This document shows, in pieces, positions 45,231 to 56,713 of a stretch of 64,000 nucleotides of DNA. Source of the DNA: a virus; IMG/VR virus record IMGVR_UViG_3300032238_000944, positions 18,926 through 82,925 of that record. The stretch is one strand, 5' to 3'. The position numbers were made by a program, and so were the translations under genes. Position 1 is the first letter of the stretch, and each line of letters begins with the position of its first letter. Below the pieces are notes generated by a model. That model was not told where the DNA came from. It did not search any database and was given only the letters and a program-made list of their open reading frames with translations.

Positions 45231-48200
45231 ATGCCCCAGCAAACCAATCTCAACGTATCGCCATATTTTGACGATTTTGACGCAAATAAAAATTATCATA
45301 GAGTTTTATTTAAACCGGGGTATCCTGTTCAAGCTAGAGAATTAACTACACTACAGTCAATTCTTCAAAATCAAATTGAACAGCAAGGTAATTTTACCTT
45401 TAAAGAAGGATCTATTGTAATTCCAGGACAAATTAATTACAATGATCGTTTTAATGCAGTAAAAATTGAAAATTCTTATTTGGGAGTGGATGTAGGATTA
45501 TATGCAAATGATCTAGTTGGGAAGAAGATTAAAGGAGATACTTCAAAGGTTGAAGCAAAAATTGCATATGTTATTAGTGAAAATGAAATAGGAAATGAAT
45601 ATACAACTTTATATGTTTCTTATTTGGCTTCTGGTATTAATAATGATCAATCAAAATTTTCAGATCAAGAAAAATTAGTTCTTGAGGAATCTTTTACTAA
45701 AGATGGAATTAATATTCAATCTGGGGAGGGATTTGCAAACACCACAATTGATTCTACTGCGATAGGATCAGCAGCCATTTTATCTTCAGGAGTTTATTTT
45801 CTAAGAGGAACTTTTGTTAATGTTGAAGATCAAATTTTAATTCTTGATCCATATTCAAATACACCTTCTTATAAGGTCGGTTTTGATGTCATTGAAGAAA
45901 TTATTACTTCGGATGAAGATGATTCATTAAATGATAATGCACAAGGATTTTCAAATTATGCCGCTCCAGGGGCAGACAGATTTAAAATTAGTGCTGTACT
46001 AAGCAAAAGAGAATTAACTGATACAAATACAGAAAACTTTGTAGGTCTTTTAGAAGTAAGAGATGGCAATTTAATTAAAAATTCAGCAACTGATCCAACT
46101 TTAAATATCTTAGCATCAGAATTAGCTAAAAGAACCTCCGATGAGTCTGGAGATTATTATGTAAAACCACTAGATGTTTCTTCAAAAGAAACTTTAAATG
46201 ATAGGTTGGGAAATAGTGGAGTTTTTACTGAAAATCAATTAACCTATGATAACAATACCCCAAGGGAAGATCTAGGCACATATAGAATTTCGCCAGGAAA
46301 AGCATACATTCAAGGTTTTGAAGTTGAAAATATTTCTGCAACATATGTAGATTTTGAAAAACCAAGAACAACAAATACAAATACAGATGTTAATGTTACA
46401 TATTTAACTGGACCAACATATACTTTAAATAGGGTCACTGGAGCACCAAATTTAAATCTTGCAAGTCCTTTTATTGTAAGTTTACAAAATTCTAGAGTAG
46501 GAATTTCTTCCACAACAGCAGGAGGAAAAGAAATTGGTCTCGCCAGAGTCTATGATTTTGCATTAGAATCCGGATCATATAGTGCTTCAAATCCAAATTT
46601 AAATCAATGGGATCTTGCATTATTTGACATTGATGTTTATACTGAAATTGTATTAAATCAAAATACAACTTTAACAACTCCAACTTATATTCAAGGAAAA
46701 TCTAGTGGAGCCACAGCACATTTAAGATATAATGTTAATAATGCAGGAATTATGACTGCATATGGAGTTAAAGGGTCATTTGTAGTTGGTGAAAAATTTA
46801 TCTTCAACGGTGTAGAAACAACTAGTAGAGTATCAATTGCAGTTACTGAGTACACAACAAAAGATATTCAATCAGTATGTCAAGTAAGCACATCATCTAC
46901 AATTTTTACTGGTGATGTTATTCCATCAAGTCAATATTTTGTAGGACTTTCTTCAATTACTGCAAGATCTGACTCGGGGATTAGTAGCATTTCTGTTTCT
47001 ACAAATACAAACTTTACATTTACAAATAATGTAAAAGTAGGTGGATTGGTTGGATTTACTGCATCAGGATCAACCGTTCCAACATATTGTAAAGTAGTAT
47101 CAGTATCTGATAAATCAATCACCGTAACCGGAGTAACAACAGTAACTGGAATTTGTGAAGGATCAGCACCATCATCCTCTGCAACACTCAATGATCTTAA
47201 AATTTTAGGATCCAGTTTTCAATCTTCTACAGATAATACATTATATACATATCTCAAAAAACCAGTTGTTAAATCTGTAGATCTTACAAGTTCATCTCTT
47301 ACTATTAAAAAAGAATTTGCTGTAACAATTACAAGTAATCAATCAAATACAATTACTGCAGAATCTAATCAATTTTTCTTGCCATTTGATGAAGAAAGAT
47401 ATGTCTTAACTCGCTCAGATGGATCTTTTGAAAATTTAAGTTCGGATAAATTAGTATTTGATGAGCAAGCAAAGCAACTCACAATTTATGGTCTTGGATC
47501 AAATGACAGTAATGCAAGATTAATTGCAACTTTAAGAAAAGAAAAAGTAACTTCAAAAGTTAAAAATAAAAATAGAATTGTATCTTTAGTAGTAGATAAG
47601 TCAAAATATAGTTCTTCTGGAATTGGATCTACAACTACAAATGATGGATTAAGTTATGGTTCTTTCCCATATGGAACTAGAGTTCAAGATAATGAAATTT
47701 CATTGAATACTGCTGATGTTACAAAAATATATGGTATTTTTGAATCTAGCGGCACATCAGCAGCTGCATTACCAAAAATAACTTTCAATAGTTTGAATGG
47801 TCCTACTAATAAAACTACTGATTTATTGGTAGGTGAACAATTTATTGGACAAACTAGTGGATCAGTTGGCGTATACGTTGTAAGGAATAATGATTTGCAA
47901 ATTGATTTTGTCTATCTAAATGATATTTCCTTCTTGATAGGCGAATCAGTAAAATTTAAAGATTCTGGAATAACTGCAATTATTTCAGCAGTTACTTTGT
48001 CTGACAAAGATATTACCGACAATTATACGATTGACTCTTCTAGAAAAGATACAATTCTTGATTATTCTAGAATTATTAGAAAACCAAATACAAAAGAACC
48101 TGTAAGACAGATTAAAGTTATTTTTGAATCTGCAAGTTTCTTATCATCTGATTTGGGAGATATTACAACAGCAAACTCTTATGATCAGTTTGATTATGGC

Positions 48201-51200
48201 ACACTTCCTCTTGTAACTGATAGAAGCACAAGAACAAATGCTGATATTTTAGATATTAGACCGATAGTTTCAAATTATACTGTTACTTCTGGTTCTCGTT
48301 CTCCATTTGAATTTTTATCAAGATCATTTTCAACAGTTTCAAATAGTGGCAGAAATATTTTAGCATCAGATGAATCTATTATTTTATCTTATGATAATTA
48401 TTTGGGTAGAATTGATAGAATTTTCTTGAACAAAAATGGACAATTTCAATTAATTAAAGGAGAACCATCTGAAAATCCTCAAACACCAAAATCTATAGAT
48501 GATGCATTAGAAATAGCATCTATAGAACTGCCACCATATCTTGCAGATGCAACTAAGACTTCAATAACACTTTATGATTATAAGCGATATCAAATGAAAG
48601 ATATTGCAAAACTTGAGACAAGAATTAAAAATCTTGAAAATTATACAACATTGAATCTTTTAGAAGTAAATGCAAATAATTTTAAAGTAAAAGATGTCAA
48701 TGGATTGGATAGATTTAAATCAGGATTTTTTGTTGATAATTTTAGAACTACAGATTATCAAAACAAATCTACAATAATTAAAAATTCTATTGATGTTGCA
48801 AACTCCGAATTAAGGCCAGCGCCATATGTAACATCATTAGATTTGCTAATTGGATCTAAATCTTTGGTTGGAATTGGACAATCCGTAGATCCAACTGCTG
48901 ATGCAAAATTTGTTACTGATTTAGTTGCTAACAATATTCGAAGAACTGGACAAGTAATTACATTAGACTATACTGATGAATCCTATATTATTCAACCATA
49001 TGCAACAAGATCCGAAAATGTAACTCCATATCTGGTTACAAAATATGTTGGATCAATTGAGTTATATCCAACATCTGATACTTGGACAGATCAGGTAAGA
49101 CTTGCACCTAAAACAATTGCAGTTGATAATTATACACCTTCAGTTGAGCAGTTAAATGCTCAAGGTTATGATCCTCAATCTGGTGGTGGATTTATTCAAT
49201 GGTCAGATTGGGAAACTACTTGGTCGGGTGTTACTAGAACACAACGTGTTAGAACTAGAGGTGGAAAAATTCAAAGATTCGATACAATTACTACAAATCA
49301 AATAAAAGTAGGAACAGAACTTCAAGTAACAGAAAATGTTACAACAACTTCTTTGGGAGACAAAGTTGTCTCAACTGAACTTGTGAAGTATATGAGGTCT
49401 AGAAATGTTGAGTTTACGGCAAGAAGATTTAGACCATTTACAAGAGTATATTCCTTCTTTGATGGTAAAGATGTAAACAATTATATTGTTCCAAAACTTC
49501 TTGAAATTACAATGCAATCTGGCGTTTTCCAAGTTGGAGAAACTGTTATTGGAACTTTCTCATCATCCTACACAGATTCAAATAAAACTCCTGGACAAAC
49601 AACAACTGAAATTTCATTCAGAGTTGCAACAGCAAATCATAAATACGGTCCTTATAATACTCCAATCGACATTTACACAAGAAATCCATATGATCAGCAA
49701 AATACTGCATCTCTCCCCTCAATTTATTCATCAACATCAACAATATTAAATGTTGATACTAGCAGTCTTTCTGCAGAAGTTGAAGGACAATTTTATGGTA
49801 GAGTTTTAAGTGGACTTACCTTAAAAGGTCAAACTAGTGGAGCGCAGGCAGTCATTAATAATGTAAGATTGACTGCCGATAATGTAGGTACTGTAATTGG
49901 ATCTTTTTATATTCCAAATCCAAATACAGCATCAAACCCATCTTTTGAATCAGGTACTAAAACATTTAAACTCACAAGTAATTCATCCAATTCCTCAATA
50001 GAAGGAGATGCAGATTCTATAGGTGAAACTAATTATTCTTCTTCTGGATTAATTACCACTGTTCAACAAGAAATTCTTTCAGTAAGAGAAGCAATTGTAA
50101 CTCCAACAACTGTAACAGACACTAGAACTCTAACTACAAAAGTTCCTGTTGGACGACCATATGATCCACTAGCACAATCTTTTCTTGTTACTGATGAAAC
50201 TGGAATTTTTGTTACTAAAGCTGACATTTATGTCAGAACTAAAGATGATACATTGCCATTGATTGTTCAATTGAGGCCTATGGAACTTGGAATACCAAAG
50301 GCAACAATTTATCCATTTAGTGAGGTTATAATAGATCCAAAAGATATTAATATTTCTCAAGATGGTTCTGTTGCAACTACTGTTACATTCCCATCACCAA
50401 TTTATTTACAAGGTGGAAAAGAACACGCTATTGTTCTTTTATCTGAGGCAAATACTTATAATGTTTGGATTTCTCGATTAGGTGAAACAGAAATTTCAAC
50501 TATAAATCTAGCAGAATCTCAAAAAATTGTTGTATATGAACAACCAAATTTAGGATCCTTATTTAAATCTCAAAATGGATCAACCTGGGATCCAAGTCAA
50601 TATGAAGATTTAAAATTCTCAATATATCAAGCTAAATTTACAACTAATCCTGGAGATATTAATTTCTATAATCCAAAACTTGACATTGGAAACAGACAAA
50701 TTGCAAATCTTTTAAATAATTCTTTTGAATTTAATGCAAGAAAAGTTGTTGTTGGTCTTGGAACAACTGTAACTGATACAAACCTAACTTTAGGTAATAC
50801 TATTATTCAAAGAAATTCAAATGCTACAGGAAAATATGTTGGCGCCGCTGGGTCAGCAACTGGAACACTGAATTTGATTAATACTGGTATTGGGTATTCA
50901 AACGGAGCATTTACAAATCTTACTTTAAAAAATCTCACTGGTTCTGGCATAAATGCAACAGCAAATATTACGATTGCTAACGGAGTAGCAGTTGGTGCCA
51001 CAATTAATAGTGGTGGTTCTGGTTATAGTGTTGGTGATGTATTGACAATTACCAATTTCAATGGAAGTACTCTTGGAAGTAATTTAAAACTTTCTGTCCA
51101 ACAAATTTTTGGAGTTAATCAATTAATTCTTGATAATGTTCAGGGAACATTTACAACAGGTGCAGGAAGCACACTTGCTTTTGTAGGAACTGCTACTACA

Positions 51201-52634
51201 AATATTAATGGCACAAATGGAAATGTTACAGCTTCATCTGTAGGTGTTGTTTCAGAAGAAAAACAAGGACTTTATATTAAAGTAAATCATAAAAATCACG
51301 GAATGTATGCATTGAATAATGATGTTATTATTCGTGATGTGTACTCTGATATTAATCCAACCAAACTTGCTGCTGCATATTCAAATCAAGATAGTGGAGT
51401 TATCACACTTTCTGATATGATTATCGATCCATCTACTTCATTGAGTACTTTTAATACATTTGAAAATGTCAGTGTAAGTTCAACAAATCCAGGATATATT
51501 CGCATTGAAGATGAAATTATTTCTTATGAGGGAGTGAGTGGAAGCACTTTAACAGGAATTACAAGACAAATTGATCAAACTCCAAAATTCTCATATGCCG
51601 TAGGAACACCTGTATTTAAATATGAGTTGAATGGAATTTCCTTAAGAAGAATTAATAAAACACATTCTCTTCAAGATTCTGACATTGATAGATCAATTGA
51701 TTTAGATTATTATTACATAAAAATCGATCCAAGTGCTTCTGGAATTGATAGAAGTGTTGGAACTAGTTTCCCACTTCTATACATTAAAGAAACTAAATCC
51801 ACTGGCGGTCCAAATGCTTATGCTACACAAAATATTCCATTTGAAATTGTAAGACCAAATATTCAAACATTAACTTTAACAGGAACTTCTGTTTCTGGAA
51901 GAATCCAAACAACTAGTGGAAGTAGTGTTGATGGAACTGAAGAATCCTATAATAATCAAGGATTTGAACAAATTTCTTTAGATGAAAATAATTATCTTTC
52001 TTCACCAAGAATTGTTGCATCTCAAGTAAATGAAACAGCAAGACTCAAATCTTTACCTGGAAATAAATCATTTACTCTCAACTTAGTTTTAAATACAAAC
52101 AATTCTAATATTTCTCCTGTAATTGATCTTGAAAGAGTAAATATGATTTTTGTCAGCAATAGGGTTAACAGTCCTATTGCAGATTATACTGCAGATTTTA
52201 GAACTTCTACATTACAAGAAGATCCATCTTCGTTTGTTTACGCTTCAAATCCAGTTTCTCTTCAGGCCGCAGCATCATCAATTAAAATAATTGCATCTGC
52301 ATATGTAAATAGAGTTAATGACTTGAGAGCATTTTATGCAATTATGAAAGATCCAAATGAAACTCCAGTTTATTATCCTTTCCCAGGATATAGTAATTTA
52401 AGTAGTAATGGTACAATTATTAATGTATCTGCTAGTGATGGAACTTCGGATACAAATATTTCTAAATCTGATAATTTTAATTTCTTATCGGAAGATTTGG
52501 AATTTGTAGATTATGAATTTACTAGAAACAATCTTCCAGAATTTAGATATTTTAGTATTAAATTAGTTGGAACTTCTACTAATATGGCTCATCCTCCAAG
52601 AGTAAAAGATCTTCGCGTAATTGCTTTGGCATAA
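45231..52634 (+). CDS. Large virion structural protein (VrlC/DUF4815-like)
   Basis: NLNVSPYFDDF..VLFKPG..QARELT, APGADR, RFKSGFFVDNF, DPLAQSF. Confidence 0.85.
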   Translation: MPQQTNLNVSPYFDDFDANKNYHRVLFKPGYPVQARELTTLQSILQNQIEQQGNFTFKEGSIVIPGQINYNDRFNAVKIENSYLGVDVGLYANDLVGKKIKGDTSKVEAKIAYVISENEIGNEYTTLYVSYLASGINNDQSKFSDQEKLVLEESFTKDGINIQSGEGFANTTIDSTAIGSAAILSSGVYFLRGTFVNVEDQILILDPYSNTPSYKVGFDVIEEIITSDEDDSLNDNAQGFSNYAAPGADRFKISAVLSKRELTDTNTENFVGLLEVRDGNLIKNSATDPTLNILASELAKRTSDESGDYYVKPLDVSSKETLNDRLGNSGVFTENQLTYDNNTPREDLGTYRISPGKAYIQGFEVENISATYVDFEKPRTTNTNTDVNVTYLTGPTYTLNRVTGAPNLNLASPFIVSLQNSRVGISSTTAGGKEIGLARVYDFALESGSYSASNPNLNQWDLALFDIDVYTEIVLNQNTTLTTPTYIQGKSSGATAHLRYNVNNAGIMTAYGVKGSFVVGEKFIFNGVETTSRVSIAVTEYTTKDIQSVCQVSTSSTIFTGDVIPSSQYFVGLSSITARSDSGISSISVSTNTNFTFTNNVKVGGLVGFTASGSTVPTYCKVVSVSDKSITVTGVTTVTGICEGSAPSSSATLNDLKILGSSFQSSTDNTLYTYLKKPVVKSVDLTSSSLTIKKEFAVTITSNQSNTITAESNQFFLPFDEERYVLTRSDGSFENLSSDKLVFDEQAKQLTIYGLGSNDSNARLIATLRKEKVTSKVKNKNRIVSLVVDKSKYSSSGIGSTTTNDGLSYGSFPYGTRVQDNEISLNTADVTKIYGIFESSGTSAAALPKITFNSLNGPTNKTTDLLVGEQFIGQTSGSVGVYVVRNNDLQIDFVYLNDISFLIGESVKFKDSGITAIISAVTLSDKDITDNYTIDSSRKDTILDYSRIIRKPNTKEPVRQIKVIFESASFLSSDLGDITTANSYDQFDYGTLPLVTDRSTRTNADILDIRPIVSNYTVTSGSRSPFEFLSRSFSTVSNSGRNILASDESIILSYDNYLGRIDRIFLNKNGQFQLIKGEPSENPQTPKSIDDALEIASIELPPYLADATKTSITLYDYKRYQMKDIAKLETRIKNLENYTTLNLLEVNANNFKVKDVNGLDRFKSGFFVDNFRTTDYQNKSTIIKNSIDVANSELRPAPYVTSLDLLIGSKSLVGIGQSVDPTADAKFVTDLVANNIRRTGQVITLDYTDESYIIQPYATRSENVTPYLVTKYVGSIELYPTSDTWTDQVRLAPKTIAVDNYTPSVEQLNAQGYDPQSGGGFIQWSDWETTWSGVTRTQRVRTRGGKIQRFDTITTNQIKVGTELQVTENVTTTSLGDKVVSTELVKYMRSRNVEFTARRFRPFTRVYSFFDGKDVNNYIVPKLLEITMQSGVFQVGETVIGTFSSSYTDSNKTPGQTTTEISFRVATANHKYGPYNTPIDIYTRNPYDQQNTASLPSIYSSTSTILNVDTSSLSAEVEGQFYGRVLSGLTLKGQTSGAQAVINNVRLTADNVGTVIGSFYIPNPNTASNPSFESGTKTFKLTSNSSNSSIEGDADSIGETNYSSSGLITTVQQEILSVREAIVTPTTVTDTRTLTTKVPVGRPYDPLAQSFLVTDETGIFVTKADIYVRTKDDTLPLIVQLRPMELGIPKATIYPFSEVIIDPKDINISQDGSVATTVTFPSPIYLQGGKEHAIVLLSEANTYNVWISRLGETEISTINLAESQKIVVYEQPNLGSLFKSQNGSTWDPSQYEDLKFSIYQAKFTTNPGDINFYNPKLDIGNRQIANLLNNSFEFNARKVVVGLGTTVTDTNLTLGNTIIQRNSNATGKYVGAAGSATGTLNLINTGIGYSNGAFTNLTLKNLTGSGINATANITIANGVAVGATINSGGSGYSVGDVLTITNFNGSTLGSNLKLSVQQIFGVNQLILDNVQGTFTTGAGSTLAFVGTATTNINGTNGNVTASSVGVVSEEKQGLYIKVNHKNHGMYALNNDVIIRDVYSDINPTKLAAAYSNQDSGVITLSDMIIDPSTSLSTFNTFENVSVSSTNPGYIRIEDEIISYEGVSGSTLTGITRQIDQTPKFSYAVGTPVFKYELNGISLRRINKTHSLQDSDIDRSIDLDYYYIKIDPSASGIDRSVGTSFPLLYIKETKSTGGPNAYATQNIPFEIVRPNIQTLTLTGTSVSGRIQTTSGSSVDGTEESYNNQGFEQISLDENNYLSSPRIVASQVNETARLKSLPGNKSFTLNLVLNTNNSNISPVIDLERVNMIFVSNRVNSPIADYTADFRTSTLQEDPSSFVYASNPVSLQAAASSIKIIASAYVNRVNDLRAFYAIMKDPNETPVYYPFPGYSNLSSNGTIINVSASDGTSDTNISKSDNFNFLSEDLEFVDYEFTRNNLPEFRYFSIKLVGTSTNMAHPPRVKDLRVIALA

Positions 52635-52638
52635 AATT

Positions 52639-52872
52639 ATGAATTCAAATCATTATAAAGTGGAAGGTCATAATGACCTAATAAGAGATATAAAAACAAA
52701 TGCAATTATAAACACAAATATGAATGAATATGAAAATTATAAAATTCTTAAAAAAATAAAAGAACAAGAAAAACAAAGAATGGAATGTCTTGAAAATGAT
52801 GTAAGTGAAATGAAAAATGATTTGAATGAAATTAAAAATCTTTTGAGGGATTTAGCAAATGGATCCAACTAG
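52639..52872 (+). CDS. Hypothetical coiled-coil protein
   Basis: KVEGHNDLIRD..TNAIIN; start 52639. Confidence 0.75.
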   Translation: MNSNHYKVEGHNDLIRDIKTNAIINTNMNEYENYKILKKIKEQEKQRMECLENDVSEMKNDLNEIKNLLRDLANGSN

Positions 52873-53023
52873 TATTACGTTAGAAGACATTAATAAACTT
52901 TTTGAATATGAAAAAATTGTTAGGGATATAGATAGTATAGATGATATTGAAACCGTAAGGAACTTTGCAAAAGCATATGTTAGATTATACTTGAAACAAC
53001 AAGAAATAGTAGCTAAATTCTAA
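52859..53023 (+). CDS. Small helical protein (54 aa), possibly NblA-like
   Basis: MDPTSITLEDINKLFEYEKIVRDIDSIDDIETVRNFAKAYVRLYLKQQEIVAKF; GAGG RBS; coupled to gp13; not in ORF track. Confidence 0.6.
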   Translation: MDPTSITLEDINKLFEYEKIVRDIDSIDDIETVRNFAKAYVRLYLKQQEIVAKF

Positions 53024-53871
53024 TGGCACAACCATCTACAAGACAAGAACTCATTGATTATTGCAAGAGAAAACTGGGATATCCAGTTTTGGAAATCAAT
53101 GTTGCTGATGAGCAAATTGAAGACCTTGTAGATGATGCTATTCAATTCTTTCAAGAAAGACACTTCGATGGTGTTTTTCAAACTTATTTGAAATATCAAA
53201 TTACTCAGGATGATATTGATAGGGGTAGGGCAAGAGGTGCAAATAATAATAGTAAAGTGGGAATTACAACTACTACTGTAAATGAGTCAGTTGGTCTCAG
53301 CACATCATTTAAATATGAAGAAAATGGAAATTATTTGCCTGTTCCACCATCAGTAATTGGTGTCAATAAAATATTTCATTTTGATGGTGTAAATAGCATC
53401 ACCAATAATATGTTTAGTGTCAAATATCAATTATTCTTAAATGATGTTTATTATTGGGGATCAACAGAGCTTTTGACTTATGCGATGGTCAAAACATATC
53501 TTGAGGATATTGAATTCTTACTTACTACACAAAAACAAATTAGATTTAATAAAAGACAAGATAGACTTTATTTGGACATTGATTGGATGAGTGTAAATGT
53601 TGGAAGTTATCTTGTAATCGATTGTTTTAGAACAATGGATCCAAATGATTATCCAAGAGTTTGGAATGATTCTTTTCTAAAACCATATCTGACCGCATTA
53701 ATCAAACGTCAATGGGGTCAGAATCTTATTAAATTCCAAGGAGTAAAACTTCCTGGAGGTGTAGAACTAAATGGGAGACAATTTTATGAAGATGCTCAAA
53801 GAGAAATTGATATTATTATGGAAAGAATGTCTAATACTTACGAACTACCACCATTAGATATGATAGGTTAA
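53023..53871 (+). CDS. gp13: Neck protein gp13
   Basis: LIDYCKRKLGYPVLEINV..Q, KRQWGQNLIKF.GVKLPGG. Confidence 0.92.
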   Translation: MAQPSTRQELIDYCKRKLGYPVLEINVADEQIEDLVDDAIQFFQERHFDGVFQTYLKYQITQDDIDRGRARGANNNSKVGITTTTVNESVGLSTSFKYEENGNYLPVPPSVIGVNKIFHFDGVNSITNNMFSVKYQLFLNDVYYWGSTELLTYAMVKTYLEDIEFLLTTQKQIRFNKRQDRLYLDIDWMSVNVGSYLVIDCFRTMDPNDYPRVWNDSFLKPYLTALIKRQWGQNLIKFQGVKLPGGVELNGRQFYEDAQREIDIIMERMSNTYELPPLDMIG

Positions 53872-53872
53872 T

Positions 53873-55252
53873 ATGCTCAATCCATTTTTCTTACAAGGAT
53901 CAAAAACAGAGCAATCGTTAGTTCAAGATTTGATTAACGAACAACTTCGCATGTATGGAGTTGAAATTTATTATGTGCCAAGACAATATATCACCAAAAA
54001 AACAGTAATTAGGGAAGTTATTGAATCTAAGTTTCAACATGCATATCCACTTGAGGCTTATGTGGATACTTATGATGGATACGAGGGACAGGGAACTATT
54101 CTATCAAAATTTGGCGTTCAACCATTAACAGATTTGACTTTGACAATTTCAAAGGAAAGATATGAAACATATATTACACCTTTAATTGAAAATATACCAA
54201 ACATTGAATTGCCAACAAGACCAAAAGAAGGAGATTTGATTTATTTTCCTCTTGGTGATCGTTTATTTGAGATTAAATTTGTTGAACATGAAAAACCATT
54301 TTATCAACTTCAAAAAACTTATGTTTATCAATTGAAATGTGAACTCTTCCGTTATGAGGATGAAATTGTTGATACTGGAATTGAAGAATTGGACGATAAT
54401 ATTAAAAAAGAAGGATATATTCAAACACTTAACTTAATTGGATCTGGTGTAACCGCAACTGCGTTTACTAGCGTTGTAAATGGTGGTGTGAGATATGTGA
54501 CCGTTACAAATCGAGGAAATGGATATACATCAACTCCTAGGGTTGCAATTTCTTCTTCTCCAAGTGGAGGATTAACGGCTGTTGGTATAGCAACAATGAT
54601 CGGAGGTATTATAGATTGCAATGGAACTACATCTCTCAAAGTTCAAGGAGTCGAAGTCATAAATCCTGGTTATGGCTATACTGTCGCACCATCAGTGATA
54701 TTTTTGGGTGGTGGGGGATCAGGTGCTGCTGCAACAGCAATTATTGGGACTGGAATTGTTGGTATTATAACAGTATCAAATGGAGGATCTGGATATGCAA
54801 ATGCACCCGCTGTTACAATTAGTGCTCCTGGACCTGGAGGAATAACAGCAACGGCAAAGGCAAAAATTAATAGTGTTGGGATTGTTACTCAAATTGCAAT
54901 CACAAATGCTGGATCTGGTTATACATCCACTCCAACAATTTCAATTTCTTCTCCATATATGATCGGAGTAGGTACATACATTTACAATGAAATTGTAACC
55001 GGCAGTATTAGCAATACAACAGCAAGAGTAAGAAATTGGAATGTACCAACCGGACAACTTGAAGTTTATGAAATTGATGGAACTTTTGTTGATGGTGATG
55101 TCATTACAGGCACAGGATCTTCTGCTGTTTATAAATTAAGAGCATTAACTACTGATAATATTGAAGATGCATTTGCGGAAAATGCAGAAATAGAAGAAGA
55201 GTCGGATTTGATTATTGATTTTACCGAAAAAAATCCATTTGGAATTCCATAA
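53873..55252 (+). CDS. gp14: Neck protein gp14 with inserted GSGY-repeat domain
   Basis: RPKEGDLIYFP..LFEIKFVEHEKPFYQL; NPFG C-terminus. Confidence 0.9.
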   Translation: MLNPFFLQGSKTEQSLVQDLINEQLRMYGVEIYYVPRQYITKKTVIREVIESKFQHAYPLEAYVDTYDGYEGQGTILSKFGVQPLTDLTLTISKERYETYITPLIENIPNIELPTRPKEGDLIYFPLGDRLFEIKFVEHEKPFYQLQKTYVYQLKCELFRYEDEIVDTGIEELDDNIKKEGYIQTLNLIGSGVTATAFTSVVNGGVRYVTVTNRGNGYTSTPRVAISSSPSGGLTAVGIATMIGGIIDCNGTTSLKVQGVEVINPGYGYTVAPSVIFLGGGGSGAAATAIIGTGIVGIITVSNGGSGYANAPAVTISAPGPGGITATAKAKINSVGIVTQIAITNAGSGYTSTPTISISSPYMIGVGTYIYNEIVTGSISNTTARVRNWNVPTGQLEVYEIDGTFVDGDVITGTGSSAVYKLRALTTDNIEDAFAENAEIEEESDLIIDFTEKNPFGIP

Positions 55253-55277
55253 ATAGTAAATATCAGGATTTCATAAT

Positions 55278-56267
55278 ATGTTTGAATATTTTTACCACGA
55301 AATTATAAGAAATACAATCATTGGATTTGGCACGTTATTTAACAATATTTCAATCAAACATGTAAATGATCAGGATCAAACTGTAAGTGTAATAAAAGTT
55401 CCTATTGCATATGGTCCGACACAGAAATTTTTAGCAAGATTACAGCAGGTTCCAAATCTTAATAAACCTGTTCAAATTTCAGTACCCAGAATGTCTTTTG
55501 AGTTTACTGGATTAACTTATGATGCAACAAGAAAAACTACAACAACTCAAACATTTTTAAGCGGCCTTGCTTCTGACGGAAAGCAAATTAGAAAAACATA
55601 TATGCCCGTTCCATATAATATGCAATTTGAACTTGCAATTTTTACAAAATTGAATGATGATATGCTTCAAATTGTTGAACAAATTTTACCATATTTCCAA
55701 CCAGCATATACTTTATCAATTAAGTTGGTTGATACAATTAATGAAAAAAGAGATATACCAATTGTTTTTGAAGGAATTTCGATGGATGACGATTATGAAG
55801 GGAATTATGAGACAAGAAGATCTTTAATTTATACTCTTCGTTTTACTGCAAAGACTTATTTGTTTGGCCCAGTTTCCGACGTTTCAAAAGATATTATTTC
55901 CAAGGTTTCTATCGGTTTTGTTGCTGGTGGTGCTGGTGGAAGAGATGTTACTTATTCAGTTGAACCAAGAGCAATTCAAAATTATAGTGGAGATGCAACA
56001 ACAACTTTAACTGATGATATCGACGATACCACTAAATTTATATCTGTAAATGATAGTTCGTCAATTAATGTTGGAGATTATATTACAATAGATACTGAGG
56101 AAATGTATGTTGAATCAAAATCTGGAAATAATCTAACTGTTAAACGTGGTGCAGATAATACAATTATAACTCCACACGTATCTGGAACTGGAGTAGGATT
56201 AATTACTGCTGCTGACACAGCATTAATTCCTGCAGGCGATGATTTTGGATTTAATGGTGATCTATGA
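55278..56267 (+). CDS. gp15: Tail sheath stabiliser/terminator gp15
   Basis: YFYHEIIR..FGTLFN..VPIAYGP..PRMSFE..QIVEQILPYFQP; CATAAATA 55248. Confidence 0.92.
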   Translation: MFEYFYHEIIRNTIIGFGTLFNNISIKHVNDQDQTVSVIKVPIAYGPTQKFLARLQQVPNLNKPVQISVPRMSFEFTGLTYDATRKTTTTQTFLSGLASDGKQIRKTYMPVPYNMQFELAIFTKLNDDMLQIVEQILPYFQPAYTLSIKLVDTINEKRDIPIVFEGISMDDDYEGNYETRRSLIYTLRFTAKTYLFGPVSDVSKDIISKVSIGFVAGGAGGRDVTYSVEPRAIQNYSGDATTTLTDDIDDTTKFISVNDSSSINVGDYITIDTEEMYVESKSGNNLTVKRGADNTIITPHVSGTGVGLITAADTALIPAGDDFGFNGDL

Positions 56268-56698
56268 AAATGACGAAAAAATTTGATAATCTAAATGATA
56301 CTTTCAATGTTGCAGGAGAAATTGTTTCTGCAGAAGTAGAAACTGTTGAAGAAAAGATTGAAAAAGTCGCAGCAGTATCTGATGATATAAAAAAAGATTA
56401 TGATTATACAAGAGGTAATTTATATTCTCTTATAGAAAAAGGACAAGAAGCAATTAATGGTATTTTAGAACTTGCTGGAGAAAGTGAAATGCCTCGGGCA
56501 TATGAAGTTGCCGGACAATTAATTAAAAATGTTGCCGACGCTACAGATAAATTAATGGATCTCCAAAAGAAACTTAAAGATATTGATGAAACCAAGAGTT
56601 CTAAGGGCCCAACAAATGTTACAAATGCACTATTTGTTGGGTCAACTGCGGAATTATCTAAACTTTTGAAAAATGGATTGAACGCAGAAGATAAATAA
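56264..56698 (+). CDS. gp16: Terminase small subunit gp16
   Basis: DYDYTRGNL..PRAYEVAGQL..NALFVGSTAEL. Confidence 0.92.
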   Translation: MKMTKKFDNLNDTFNVAGEIVSAEVETVEEKIEKVAAVSDDIKKDYDYTRGNLYSLIEKGQEAINGILELAGESEMPRAYEVAGQLIKNVADATDKLMDLQKKLKDIDETKSSKGPTNVTNALFVGSTAELSKLLKNGLNAEDK

Positions 56699-56713
56699 TT
56701 AAAAAAAGGGAAA

